The notes under the pieces: model-generated
The model's input: only the letters and a program-made list of their open reading frames with translations
What the model was told of the DNA's origin: nothing
Databases searched by the model: none
Translations under genes and position numbers: made by a program
Part shown: one piece after another, positions 35,641-47,031 of the stretch
Position numbering within the stretch: position 1 is the stretch's first letter
Layout: each line of letters starts with the position of its first letter
Origin: Eukaryota sp. GEM-RC1
Lineage: Eukaryota
Reading direction: 5' to 3'
Length of the DNA stretch: 64,000 bases
Assembly (NCBI GenBank): GCA_040285855.1
Contig: JAUFOQ010000013.1
Location: forward strand, 310,001 to 374,000

Positions 35641-38600
35641 GACAACATCCAATTTCAAAAAGGGTCAGTCAATTTGCCATCTTTCAAAACAGGGTCAATA
35701 GCTTATTTCTATTTCTTGGAACTATAAACAACATTAAGTCACTGTTATGAATACAACAACGTCAAGGATTTCGGCCTTTATCCAAAAAACGTACTTGAAG
35801 ACTCAGCCACATTATTCAAAGCAGTTGAAGAATACTGTTTAGCTCTTAATGCTCCCTTGAAATAACAGAAGACAACAAGAACAATTGTGATCCGATCTTG
35901 CCGTAATGCCACTTGTACTTTCTATACAAGGGCAATAGTGCCAAAAGACAAAAGCCACTGGAAGATAACGAAAGCTGCTGAGAATACTTGCTTAGGTACC
36001 AGAGGTTCAACCAATTGCGCCATCCTGAATCCCAAATTTATTGCTATACATTAGGACTGTCCAGGTTTGGGTTTCAAAATAGTTCCAAACCCCAAACCTG
36101 GTTTAGGTTTGGTTTGGTTTTCCAAAAATGGGTTTAGGTTCAGCTCGGTTTTTAAGTTTTAGGTTTAGGTTCAGCTAAGTTATTAAGTTTTAGGTTTAGG
36201 TTCAGCTAGGTTTTTAACTTTGAGGTTTAGGTTCAAACCTAGTAAACCCGATATGTATTATGAATTAAAAACACACTGTAGTTTAGTGGAACACTGTCAA
36301 AATAAAGTTGTTCTTACGGTAGTACTAGATAAGCTTTATTATTAATGTTCGAGTATCACAAACAACTGCTAGTGGTGCTACTTTTCTTCTTCAAAAAATC
36401 GTCTCCAATCCTTAAGACTAACAAGTGCTTGGATACTTTCATCAGACAGAGAAGCTCTATATTCTGTAACTGTGCGTCCAGCAGAAGAAAAAACCTGTTC
36501 GCTACAAACAAAAGTTGTTTGGATACCGAGTTCTCGCCAATAGAAGCGTTAAGATCGTTCATATATAATGTAAGAGTCAGAGGGTTATCGAAATTAAATG
36601 TGCTTCATTTCTCTACAGCTTTGAAGCTAAAGGTTTAGTTTTGGTTTTATTAGGTTTAGGTTTAGGTTTGGTTTGGTTTTATTAAAAAAGGTTTAGGTTT
36701 GGTTTGGTTTTATTCAAACAGGTTTAGGTTTGGTTTGGTTTTATCAAAAAGGTTTAGGTTCAGCTAGGTTTAGTAAAAAAAGGTTTGGTTTGAAACCTAA
36801 ACCCGAACCTGCACAGTCCTACTATACATCCCTCCTTCCTTAAAAGAATAGATTCCAATCCAATCATCACTCCTAAATCAATTATTGATGAAGTCAAAAT
36901 AACTTTTGAAGGCGCAGAGATCCTTATCTCACAGCGTATCGAGCTAAACTTCTTTGTTTAGAAACTATATTTGGTTCCGAAGAAGAAAATTACCGTTTAT
37001 TTCCTTTATTTAAATCGCTTTTTGAACAACATGATGATGTATCCGTCTTAAATTATGACCAAGTCGACGGTGTTTGCAAACGCTTATTTTTTTTGTTTTG
37101 GGGCTTCAATTAAAGCACTATCTCATTGTCGAAGGTTAATCACTGTGGATGGTTGTCATCTGAAGACAAGAATCGGAGGTGTATTGTTGGCTGCCTGCAC
37201 AATTGATGGCAAAGGGCAAATTGTACCCATTGCGTGTGGAGTTTGCCCTATTAAGAACAAAATCGAGTGGAATCGCTTTTTAGCGAACTTAAAGGAATAC
37301 GCAATTCAACTCTCATTTGATAACGAAGCTATTACTTTTCTCTCTGATCGTCAAAAGGGGCTAATTGATGCAATTAACCAACATTTTTCCAGGTCACGTT
37401 CACGGCCATTGCGTCAAGCATTTGGCTGACAATATAGCCAAAAGACTCAGGAAAAGAATTAACTACGCTAAGCGAACAGGAAGACGTCGGAAGAAGAGGA
37501 TTCAGAAGAAGGGGCAACCGAAGAAGAAGAAGATGTCTAAAGTAGATGACGAATAATTGGATCAGATTATGGCGGGATCCTTGCAAAGTGAAGAATCTGA
37601 TCACGATGAGGTGGAAGAACCGTTCATCAATGAAGAAGTTGAGTCTATGATTTGTTGTGATTGGGATGCAGATAGTTCTCCTTCACCTTTAGATGAGATC
37701 TTGATGTTTTAAAGTATGAGACGGTTATTCCCTAAAGGAGAAAATTACAGAAATGCCCAGATTAAATGACACTGAGCTGCAGAACTGCATGATCTGAATA
37801 AACTCCTTCTACAATGCCGTTTTGATTGTTACTATTGCTGATTGTATAGAGATGAAGTATGTTAAAGCACAGCCTAAACGATTCCTTGCTGCTTGTAAGT
37901 CCATTGACTGCTCTTTCAAGGTTACAACAACATAGAATATCCATTGAGCAGTTACATGTACAATGTACAATTCCTGATCCTGTATACTCAATAGATGCAT
38001 TGGATCCTTGGTTATTCATTCGATAGAGCCTGGAACGAATATCTGGACCAACGTGGAACTGCTCCTCCACGTACTTACAAGAAGCAGAACAACTGATGTC
38101 CACTCTCCCCATGTAAACCAGTTCGCTGCCCAATCTTGCTACGGTGTTATTACTCTAATTGCTCTTATCTGGCAACTCAGCTCTGTTACATGATTCTAAG
38201 TGTAAACTTAGGAAAGTGCTCGATCAATACTGCGTACTGAAACTACATGTGGAATGCTACTTACTACATCTATAAAAAAGAACGGGTTTATGATTCAATA
38301 CAGTGATCTACAATAAATGGTAATGGTTACATCTCATGGCATCTCCGACAGTACCTAAGAATAAAGGATTAAGAAAAGAGATGATGGTCATCGGAAGCAG
38401 AGCTAGAAGAATCGTCTAAATAAAGAAAATGAGAATCGGTTGATTGACGACGGCAAACACAACGACTATGAGGTAAAACGCAAAAGAACGTTCACTAGGA
38501 AGAGAATTAAAGACTCAGACAAAAGTGTCTGATGCATCAGGATGCCTGAATGGTGGTGATGATAGTGCTTCAAATGACGAAGGTCAAGTAACTCTCCGAA

Positions 38601-38792
38601 AGAGAAGATATACGTTTAGATGAGAGAGAATGTAGGGAGAAGTAGAAGAAATGAGTTATATGTTTTATATAGAGAATGAATCTGGGCAATTTTGTAATCG
38701 TCCCAAAGTGACCCTGTTTAGAAAGGTTGTGATATGACTGACCCTGTTTTGAAAACGTGTGTTATAGACTGACCCTAAAATGAAAATGCCCC
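35641..38792 (+). mobile_element. decayed Mutator/MULE DNA transposon
   Basis: N-terminal Zn finger SCRNATCTFY...WKITK...TC (~35890-36000); core ITVDGCHLK...IDG...FLSDRQKGL...HCVKHLADN (37055-37440); inverted terminal units AGGGTCAGTC/GACTGACCCT; right end ...AAAATGCCCC; left terminus truncated; absent from duplicate copy B. Confidence 0.88.
36052..36821. mobile_element. non-autonomous hAT-type element nested in the MULE transposase
   Basis: TIR TAGGACTGTCCAGGTTTGGGTTT vs AAACCCGAACCTGCACAGTCCTA; perfect 8-bp TSD CTATACAT; GGTTTAGGTTT(GG/CAG) subterminal repeats. Confidence 0.95.
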
Positions 38793-38851
38793 AATTTGAT
38801 TTGAATTGGTTTAGAATTGCATGTGGGTGATAAGATTAAATCATGGTTTGT

Positions 38852-38984
38852 TAGAGTTGTCAACGGCTTCAGCTATATGACTTGGCTTTAGCGTGAGTCA
38901 TTTGAGTAAGTCAAGCCAAATTTGGATATGGCTTGGTTCATAGCAATTAACTCATGGCTTGAGCCGAACCGTTTGACTACTCTA
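38852..38984. mobile_element. 133-bp MITE (second copy at 63295-63427)
   Basis: Imperfect TIR TAGAGTTGTCAACGG/CCGTTTGACTACTCTA; degenerate TG-rich 8-bp TSD; present in both duplicate copies. Confidence 0.6.
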
Positions 38985-39059
38985 TGTTCTGTGAGAAGTT
39001 ATTACTCAAATGTTGATTTCCTAGATAAGATTGCGGTAAAATTTGTGTCCATCATTTTG

Positions 39060-39620
39060 CATCTTCGTGGTCGTTATGGTTATACTAATTATTCTCTTTT
39101 TTTGTCTCAACTAGCACCTTTTACTGACAAAATTGCGTCTCAATTACAATCTTTGCATCCCAAGGAACGTTTTTATACGGATGTTCAACTTCCTCCAACA
39201 TATTGGAAAAATCGTTCTATTGTTAAAAGTTGTTGCCCCAAAAGAACTCAGTGCCTTGTGTTTGGTTGCTTCAGTGAAACAAAATCAGAAATTTCGTCCA
39301 ATTGCTGTCAGGGAATCGATATATAGACTTTCCTCATCTCTAGAGTTCTCTAGAATTTTGAACAAAGCTCAGAAATATTTTCTCCTTTTTCAGTATGCTG
39401 TTAAAACTATTGATGGTGCTTCAGTTGCAGCTTTGACTTCTGATCTTTTTTAAACACCACAATTGACAAATTTGTTTTTTAATCTTGACTTTAAAATCGC
39501 GGTTCAACTCTGTCAAACGTCTGCTATTTTACCACAATCACAAGAACATTTACCAGCATTGGAATCTGTTTTTTATACTTTTGATGGCAATTCGTCTGAG
39601 TTGGTCTACAACTCGGCTAA
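39060..39620 (+). mobile_element. non-LTR RT N-terminal fragment (CRE-like), frameshifted
   Basis: LVASVKQNQKFRPIAVRESIYRLSS...FQYAVKTIDGA...NLDFK/FNSVKR, matching RT domains 1-3. Confidence 0.75.
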
Positions 39621-40361
39621 GAAAAAAAATAACAGTTGAGGTGAAGGCAAACGTTCATGTGGTGCAGACAAACAGACCTGAAATTCACAAATGACTAACA
39701 CATCAGATTGTTATCTTGACCAGTGTTTTCAATGACTTGACTCGGGTCAAGTTTGAAGTTTTGAGCAGACCATATTTTCTAATATAATGACACATCTTTA
39801 TAACAAATTACAGTAACACACTACAAGACCGATACTTAATCATCCTCACCACACACGACAATTACTTCATTATCGTTTTCGATATCATGATGAGTCAGAT
39901 GATGGTTTGGATCCGTATAAAATCCAGAAAACAATCATATGATCAATTACAATGGATAATGCGAAATGGAAGACAGAAAAATACAGAAATCATTGTCAGA
40001 TATGCTTTAGCCAAAAGACGGCACGTACAAAAGACACGTAGGTCGTCTTACTTATGCAGAGAATGGATGTCCAATGTTCGATGAACATCTCACCACAGTA
40101 AGAAGGACATGTACGTAGATTGAGATCATAAGAACTAGTCTAATGGGGTCTAAAACAGAAAAATATGGGATACACCTCCTCTAGCAGGTATTCTGACAAG
40201 TAACCACGTTCCAACATGTATGAAACTAGTCTACAAAGACGATTTCGAGGTTTGGGATGTTTGGAAAGTCTTCGTGGAAAAGAGAACAATGAAAAATCCG
40301 TTGAAAGAGAATCACACAAACAATGTTCATCAAAAGAATTTCCATCAATATCTTATCTACC

Positions 40362-43300
40362 ATGAGCTCAGATTACTTCCAAGTCCCTGGCTTAACTTAC
40401 GAATTACATGTATGTACTATCACTTTATCTCTTATTTCAGGACAACTCTTTTCCCTTAGACCATTCTCTGGCCACCGGCACGAATCACGATTCAATTAAA
40501 CTGATTCAAGAACTAGAAAGTACTACAGGTTTGAAGTTCGGTTCATCCGAGAACCCTCTCTTTCTTGCTGTCCAGAAGGAATGTGATGCTACCATTACTG
40601 ATGCAATAGGTTTGTTTTGAATCGGTTTCGATCTGACCTCAGTTCTAAATATTGGCCTCAATGACGAAGTCGTTGAAAAGCTTGCTGATTCTACAAATCC
40701 TGTTTTTGCATATCAATGCTTTCGTCTATTCATTGAGACCTTTGCAACTGCAGTGCTGGAGGTATCTCCTCGGGAACTCGCAACTATTGCTGAAGACTAT
40801 TCTGTACGCGATGCTGAACAGCTGAAAGAGCTAGTCAATGCTCACCGTGATCACGTCCGCTCTTTAGGACATGTCATTCCTCAAGATCCTTGGGAACAGC
40901 TCTCATTACTCATCCGCAAAATCTCTAAACATTCCACTGATACTGCCATTAAAGTACAAGCTTGTCTCGTTAGTGATATCCATCATCCACTCATCACGAT
41001 TGACCCCTCTGATAAAACCTTTGTTACTTCTGATCACGTGTTTCACCTGAATCCCACTCTTCTTCAGTTTCATCTCTCCTCTTCTGATGCTTCTTCCACA
41101 CTTGAATTTGAGAAACTTGTTAAGGAGTTGAACTGTCAAGCAAAAAATGAACTTAAAGATGACATCATGCTTTTTATTGGTGATGATCCCCTACCAGAAC
41201 CTACGTCACCATGGATTTTTAAAGTAAAAGAAAATTGGAATTTGATTGGGACTCAACGTAATTTTGCCATTGGTTTATCTTGTCTTGTTCTTGTTATCTT
41301 AGCTTTTCTACTATTATTCTTCTTACGTTCATCATCTCCTCCAACTTTTGTTGTGTCGGGCATAGTCACTAGTGATTCAGTTCCTCTTCCAGGTGTTCTT
41401 GTATTTGGTAATAAGTTGAAGGAAGTTTATACGGATAACGATGGGTTGTTTGGAATTGAGCCTCTTAATAATGGTGAATATGAGCTAAATTTTCAACTAT
41501 CTGGCTACGATCCAAAAATCAGTCAGTGTTGTAGTTTCTGACAGTAACAAGTTTATTGATGTTCTTCTTTCTTTAAACACCTTCAATGTTTCAGGTATAG
41601 TAACTAGTGATTCAGTTCCTCTTCCAGGTGTTCTTGTCTTTGGTGAAGATCTTGATGACGTTTACAGTAATAATGATGGCCTTTTCACCCTTCAGCCTCT
41701 TGAAAATGGTGAATATGAGCTAAATTTTCAATTATCTGGCTACGATCCAAAAATCAGTCAGTGTTGTAGTTTCTGACAGTGACGAATTTATTGATGTTTC
41801 TCTTTCGTTAAACACCTTCAATGTGTCAGGCATAGTCACTAGTGATTCAGTTCCTCTTCCAGGTGTTCTTGTTTTTGGTGAAGATCTTGATGACGTTTAC
41901 AGTAATAATGATGGCCTTTTCAACCTTCAGCCTCTTGAAAATGGTGAATATGAGCTAAATTTTCAATTATCTGGCTACGATCCAAAATCAGTCAGTGTTG
42001 TAGTTTCTGACAGTGACAAGTTTATTGATGTTTCTCTTTCTTTAAACACCTTCAATGTTTCCAGGTATAGTAACTAGTGATTCAGTTCCTCTTCCAGGTG
42101 TTCTTGTTTTTGGTGAAGATCTTAATGACGTTTACAGTAATAATGATGGCCTTTTCAACCTTCAGCCTCTTGAAAATGGTGAATATGAGCTAAATTTTCA
42201 ATTATCTGGCTACGATCAACATTCGGTCAGTGTTGTAGTTTCTGACAGTAACAAGTTTATTGATGTTTCCCTTGAACTTTCTTTGGTTTCATTGGAACTA
42301 CATGTCTATGATGACGTCACTTCTGAACCAGTTCCATATCCTCGTGTTAAACTCGTTAATCAAAGTGTGATTGTTGATGGAGATGAGGAAGGTCACGTTA
42401 TGTTTACTGATTTACTTCCTAATGATTATGAACTCATTCTATTACATTCGAATTATTTTGATAGAACTATTTCAGTTCAATTGATTAGTTCTAAGAATGA
42501 GTCAGCATCAATGACACGTCATGGTTTTACTATAGTTAGTACCACAATTTCCGATTACAATGCTTCTCTTGGTACAATCGTCAACATTCCTTCCAGTATT
42601 AATGGTAACGTGATCACTACAATTGGTACTTCAGCTTTTGAAGATAAGAATTTAAATTCAGTGGATATTTCAAAAACAATTGAAACAATAGAGGGAAGTG
42701 CTTTCAAGGATAACTTCATTGTTAATCTTACTCTTAATTCTGGCTTGTTATCTATCGGGGAAAGTGCTTTTCAAAACAATCTTATTGAAGAATTAGTAAT
42801 TCCTGATAGTGTTACTACCATTGGTGACAGTGCTTTTAGTTCTAATTATATCCATATGGTAACTCTAAGTGAATCGCTCACAGTCATTGGATCCAATGTT
42901 TTCTCTGGAAACTCTATTTCTTCCCTTGTTATTCCCAATGGAGTTACTAAAATCCAAGATAATGCTTTCATGGACAATCAATTGTCATCAATCACTTTAC
43001 CTGATTCTCTTGTTTCTATTGGTATATGCTCTTTTAGATCAAACCATTTGACTGATCTGATTGTTCCATCAAGTGTGACCGCTATTGGCCTGGAGGCTTT
43101 TCAGGACAATCAGTTATCAACACTAATACTTGGTAGTTCTCTGGAAAGTATTGGTAACAATGCTTTTTCGAATAACCAATTGATTGATCTCGTCATCCCA
43201 GATTCTGTTACAGATCTTGGAAGTTCGGCTTTTAGAAATAACAAACTCGTGAACTTATCTGTGGGCTCTGGACTTGACTCTATTGGAAATTCGACATTTC

Positions 43301-44253
43301 ACACAAATTTCCTTGTTAATATTACCATTCCTGCGACTATTGTCTCTATCAACGCATACGCTTTTACGAATAATCAAATTGAGTCCTTGGTTTTGCATCA
43401 TGGTATAACCAGCATTGGTCAAAATGTGTTTAGTACTAACTTGTTAACTACCGTAACTCTGCCTAACAGTTTGACTACAATTGGTGATTATGCATTCTTC
43501 AACAATCAGTTGACATTTGTTGATTTTTCTGATTCACTCACAAGTGTTGGTGTTGGTGCGTTCCAAAATAATCAATTATCATCTGTTGTTATACCTTCTT
43601 CAGTTACATCATTAGGCATATCGGCGTTCCAAAATAATCAATTGGATTCTGTTGTGTTATCTGAAATGCTTGTCACCATTGAACAATCCGCATTTGAGAA
43701 TAACAAATTGACTACTGTCATGTTCTCAGACAGTGTGACCTCTATTGGTGATTCAGCCTTTAAATTTAATGAACTCGTTGAAGTGATCTTTTCTGATAAT
43801 GTGGTTGATATTGGGGATGGTGCTTTTCATGATAATAAGTTGACTAATGTTATACTACCCACAAAACTTGTAACAATAGGAAGTGGCGCATTTAGCACAA
43901 ATTCGCTGGTTTCACTAACTATTCCTGATTATGTGACTACAATTGGATCGTTTGCTTTTGCTAACAATGTCATTGAAACCCTTTCGTTTGGTTCAAGTGT
44001 TTCAATAATACGTGGGAGTGCATTTACACGGAACAAAATTACTGCAGTAGAATTTCCAGACAGCTTAAACAAACTGGAAAACTATGCCTTCCGGTTCAAT
44101 GATTTGGTATCAGTTCAAATTGGACAAGGAGTTTCTCTCGAAATTTACGCCCTTCCACCAAATTTTGCCGAAGTTTATGAAAGTGAACAGTTTAGAGCTG
44201 GTCTTTACACTAGATCTCATCATATACAGCAAGATTGGAGACTCAACGAATAG
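40362..44253 (+). CDS. chimeric single-pass membrane protein: degenerate PPDK N-terminal domain - TM - carboxypeptidase-regulatory-like beta-sandwich repeats - BspA (LRR_5) repeats
   Basis: ATG at 40362; introns 40410-40440 and 40610-40642 join in frame to give QVPGLTYE..LESTTGLKFGSSENPL..IVLNIGLNDEVVEKLA..FAYQCFRLFI..PQDPWEQL..TAIKVQA (PPDK-like); TM FAIGLSCLVLVILAFLLLFFL; four ~240-bp repeats; ~23 LxIPxSVTxIGxxAFxxN repeats; three +1 homopolymer frameshifts within the repeats. Confidence 0.8.
40410..40440 (+). other. 31-nt spliceosomal intron
   Basis: GTATGT...TTATTTCAG; removal joins MSSDYFQVPGLTYELH to DNSFPL in frame. Confidence 0.7.
40610..40642 (+). other. 33-nt spliceosomal intron
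   Basis: GTTTGT...CTGAC.CTCAG contains an in-frame TGA; removal gives IVLNIGLNDE, matching the PPDK TILNLGLND motif. Confidence 0.8.
41347..42280 (+). repeat. four near-identical ~240-bp coding tandem repeats (80-aa beta-sandwich units)
   Basis: Unit VSGIVTSDSVPLPGVLVFG...NNDGLF..QPLENGEYELNFQLSGYD...VVVSDS..FIDVSL repeated four times. Confidence 0.9.
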
Positions 44254-45012
44254 ATTGTTGTTGAGTTAGTCATTATTTAAGTTGTGTGTTGTAAGCGCTA
44301 CAGAACTAATCGAACGTGTATGTATGATGCTGCACGAGACCAAATACATGTCATGTGTAAGTCTTATAAAATTGAATGATTTGTTGAACCACTTCTAAGA
44401 TCTTTAGAACCAAATAATAATTGTATTGATGAAAAACAGAATCAATTTTTTAGTAAGAAAAAATCGAGTATTGTTGATGTAGTATAAGTGGGTGTCTGTA
44501 AAAGACATCTTTAAAGAATAATGAATCTGAAACTCTTCTTCTGTAGACATCTGTGAACAAACAAAACAGAACAAGTACAAATTACCATTGATGACTCTGC
44601 AATATTTAAAACAAGTCGAATACAAATGCCCTTTTGCTGTTTGGATCTCTGGTCGTTTAGAGCTGGAACACGATGTAGTAGTATGACCAATGATAGTTGT
44701 AGTGTTGATGAATATGAAGTGGTAAGTGTCCACTCTTGTCAAAATCGTATTACTTACTAAGGAGTATGCTGTACAGCGAAAAGTGACTTGAGTTGGAGTG
44801 AAGATACACAGCTCTCGATATGACTAAATTGTTTTTAGATAGTGTAGTATTTTGAAACATTATCATAATCCTTGGCAATAGGACAAACATATCCCAACAT
44901 TTTCAAGAGGTTTATTGTAAGTATATCAACTTTCTAAATCTTATACAATATTCCAATAAGACTACATACTGATGATTGAGGAAGAACATGTCATCAATTG
45001 ACACGTATTAAG

Positions 45013-46820
45013 TCAACAAAAGAAGATCCGATTATTTGAGATTCTTTTGATGAGTTCTTTAGTCTCAGATTCCATAAAAATACCCCAAAACATAATTGCA
45101 GTAACAGTGGAATTCACCTTCAAAGCTTCAGCCAATGCAATGGCACCTTCAGTACCAATAGAGTCACCCGAAAGACAATCTCAGTAACAGTGGAATTCAC
45201 CTTCAAAGCTTCAGCCAATGCAATGGCACTTTCAGCACCAATAGAGTTTTCACCAAGAATAATCGCAGTAACAGTGGAATTCACCTTCAAAGCATCAGCC
45301 AATGCAATGGCACCTTCAGTACCAATAGGTTCTTCCTTAGGAGTACCAAAATAATCGTTACCAAGTTTAACCGAACGAAGGACGCTAAGAGCGTTACCCA
45401 AATTAACCTCACTAACAGACCCATTCCTAATTTTTTCCAATACCTCCCTCAATCTAGGTTTTAACTTACTCAAATCAATCTTATGATTATTAACTTGCCT
45501 TTTTACAGGTATTTCTTGTTGTAATTTCTTCTTTGGCTTTGGAATTGAACCTTGAGAACTTCCAAAAGAAGGTGGTGCAATAAATGTGTTAGGAATTTGA
45601 TTATAAGGAGGGTTCAATTTTAAACTTCCTGAATTAAGACGTTCAATTTCTTCTCTTAAGAAGTGATTGTCGGTTTCCAAATTTAAAATTTGCTGGTTAG
45701 AAGACTTATCCTTGTCATGAAGCTCATTGTTCAGAGTAGTAATACTTTGAATTTGATTGGCAAGTTCAGAATTCTCACGTTTCAAGTTCAAAACTTCATC
45801 ACTGAGATCATCGATTTTAGATTTCAAAGATTCATTTTCTTCAATCAAAAACGAATGGTCATAATTATCACCATCACATTCGAAAACAACCAAAATATTT
45901 AAAAAATCAGTGATTTCATTAATTTGAGGTCGTAATGATGGATCTGGATTTAAACACTTCATTATCAACTGTTTCAAACATTCTGGTGTTGAGTCATCAA
46001 AAGTTAACGGTTTGCCTTGAACTTTTGCTCCAACAATCTGCATCATTAGCAAACCTTCAAAAGCTTCTCGCCCAGTTAAAAGTTCATATAGTATTAATCC
46101 AAGTGAATAAATATCACTAAAGGGACTAGCATTTGATTCAAACTGCTCAGGGGCAGCATACTTGGGACTCATAGCATTTGTTTTAGTCACGAGGGTTGTA
46201 GCGGCGAGGTTCTTGGAAGTCCCGATATCAGCAACTCTGACATGGTCATCAACCAAAAGGACATTGGCTGGTTTTAAATATTCATGTACAACAGACTTGA
46301 GATGAAGGAACTTTACTGCCTGGCTAAGTTCTTTAGCGTACCTAACAGTAGTTGGAGAGGGAAGACTTGGGGAGGGAAGGGGAGAAGAAGCTAATTCCAT
46401 GACGATGCCAATGGAATCATCAAAGTAAGTGGTACCAAACACACGTAAAACAGCAGGATGGTTGAGATTGAAGAGAAGATTCATTTCTCTCTGGAGTTCT
46501 ATGCGTTCTTGATGGCGACGGGGAGATCAAACCATTGGGCGGCGTAAACATCAGCAAACCTCCTCCCGCGATCATATCTCCAAGAGCGATTTGACCTGAA
46601 TGAATTTGGGGACAGAGATCTCCATCGCGAGATGCTTTCACCATGTCCTGCAAAACAAAGTTTACCATTCTCGCTTCAAGACAATCGCTACGGCAAAGGG
46701 GACATTGATTTAGTGACTCTGAACACTGAGAACAACAAGTATGTCCTTCGCAGTAGATAAGCAGGGGAACACGGTTAGAGAGATTGAACGATTCACAACA
46801 AAAGAAGCAGTTGATGGTAA
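45013..46820 (-). pseudogene. RING - kinase - coiled coil - RI-like LRR pseudogene
   Basis: RING C..C...CEGHTCCSQC...CPLC; kinase with degraded HEYLKPAN and ADIG, plus APE and DIYSLG; LRRs ending LIKRISNNRIFFC*; frameshifts near 46560, 46500 and 45178; 5' end abuts hAT repeats. Confidence 0.85.
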
Positions 46821-47031
46821 TGGTTTGGTTTGGTCTTGGTTCTTTCAAAAATTGAACCAAACCAACCCAGAACCACACACGTCTAAACCACACCAAACCA
46901 GCATTATAGACGTCTGAACCAAACCAGAACCACGAACCATATGGGTCTATTTATTTTTATCAATTGTTTTGTGTTTACTTGTGTTAGTACTGGTACAGTA
47001 CCCTTAAAATAAATTTACTTTACCTTCTCCC

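Larger units (their letters stand above)
30736..39061 (+). repeat. segmental duplication copy A (~5.1 kb plus an inserted MULE)
   Basis: 30736-35640 and 38793-39061 align collinearly with 58421-63519; several short ORFs are identical in both copies (34112/61751, 34306/61945, 34500/62139). Confidence 0.95.

Noticed and set aside
36060..36800. TTTAGG/GGTTT arrays resembling telomeric repeats or a CRISPR array
   Set aside because: They are subterminal repeats inside a TIR/TSD-bounded hAT MITE, with no regular repeat-spacer structure and no pure telomere tract
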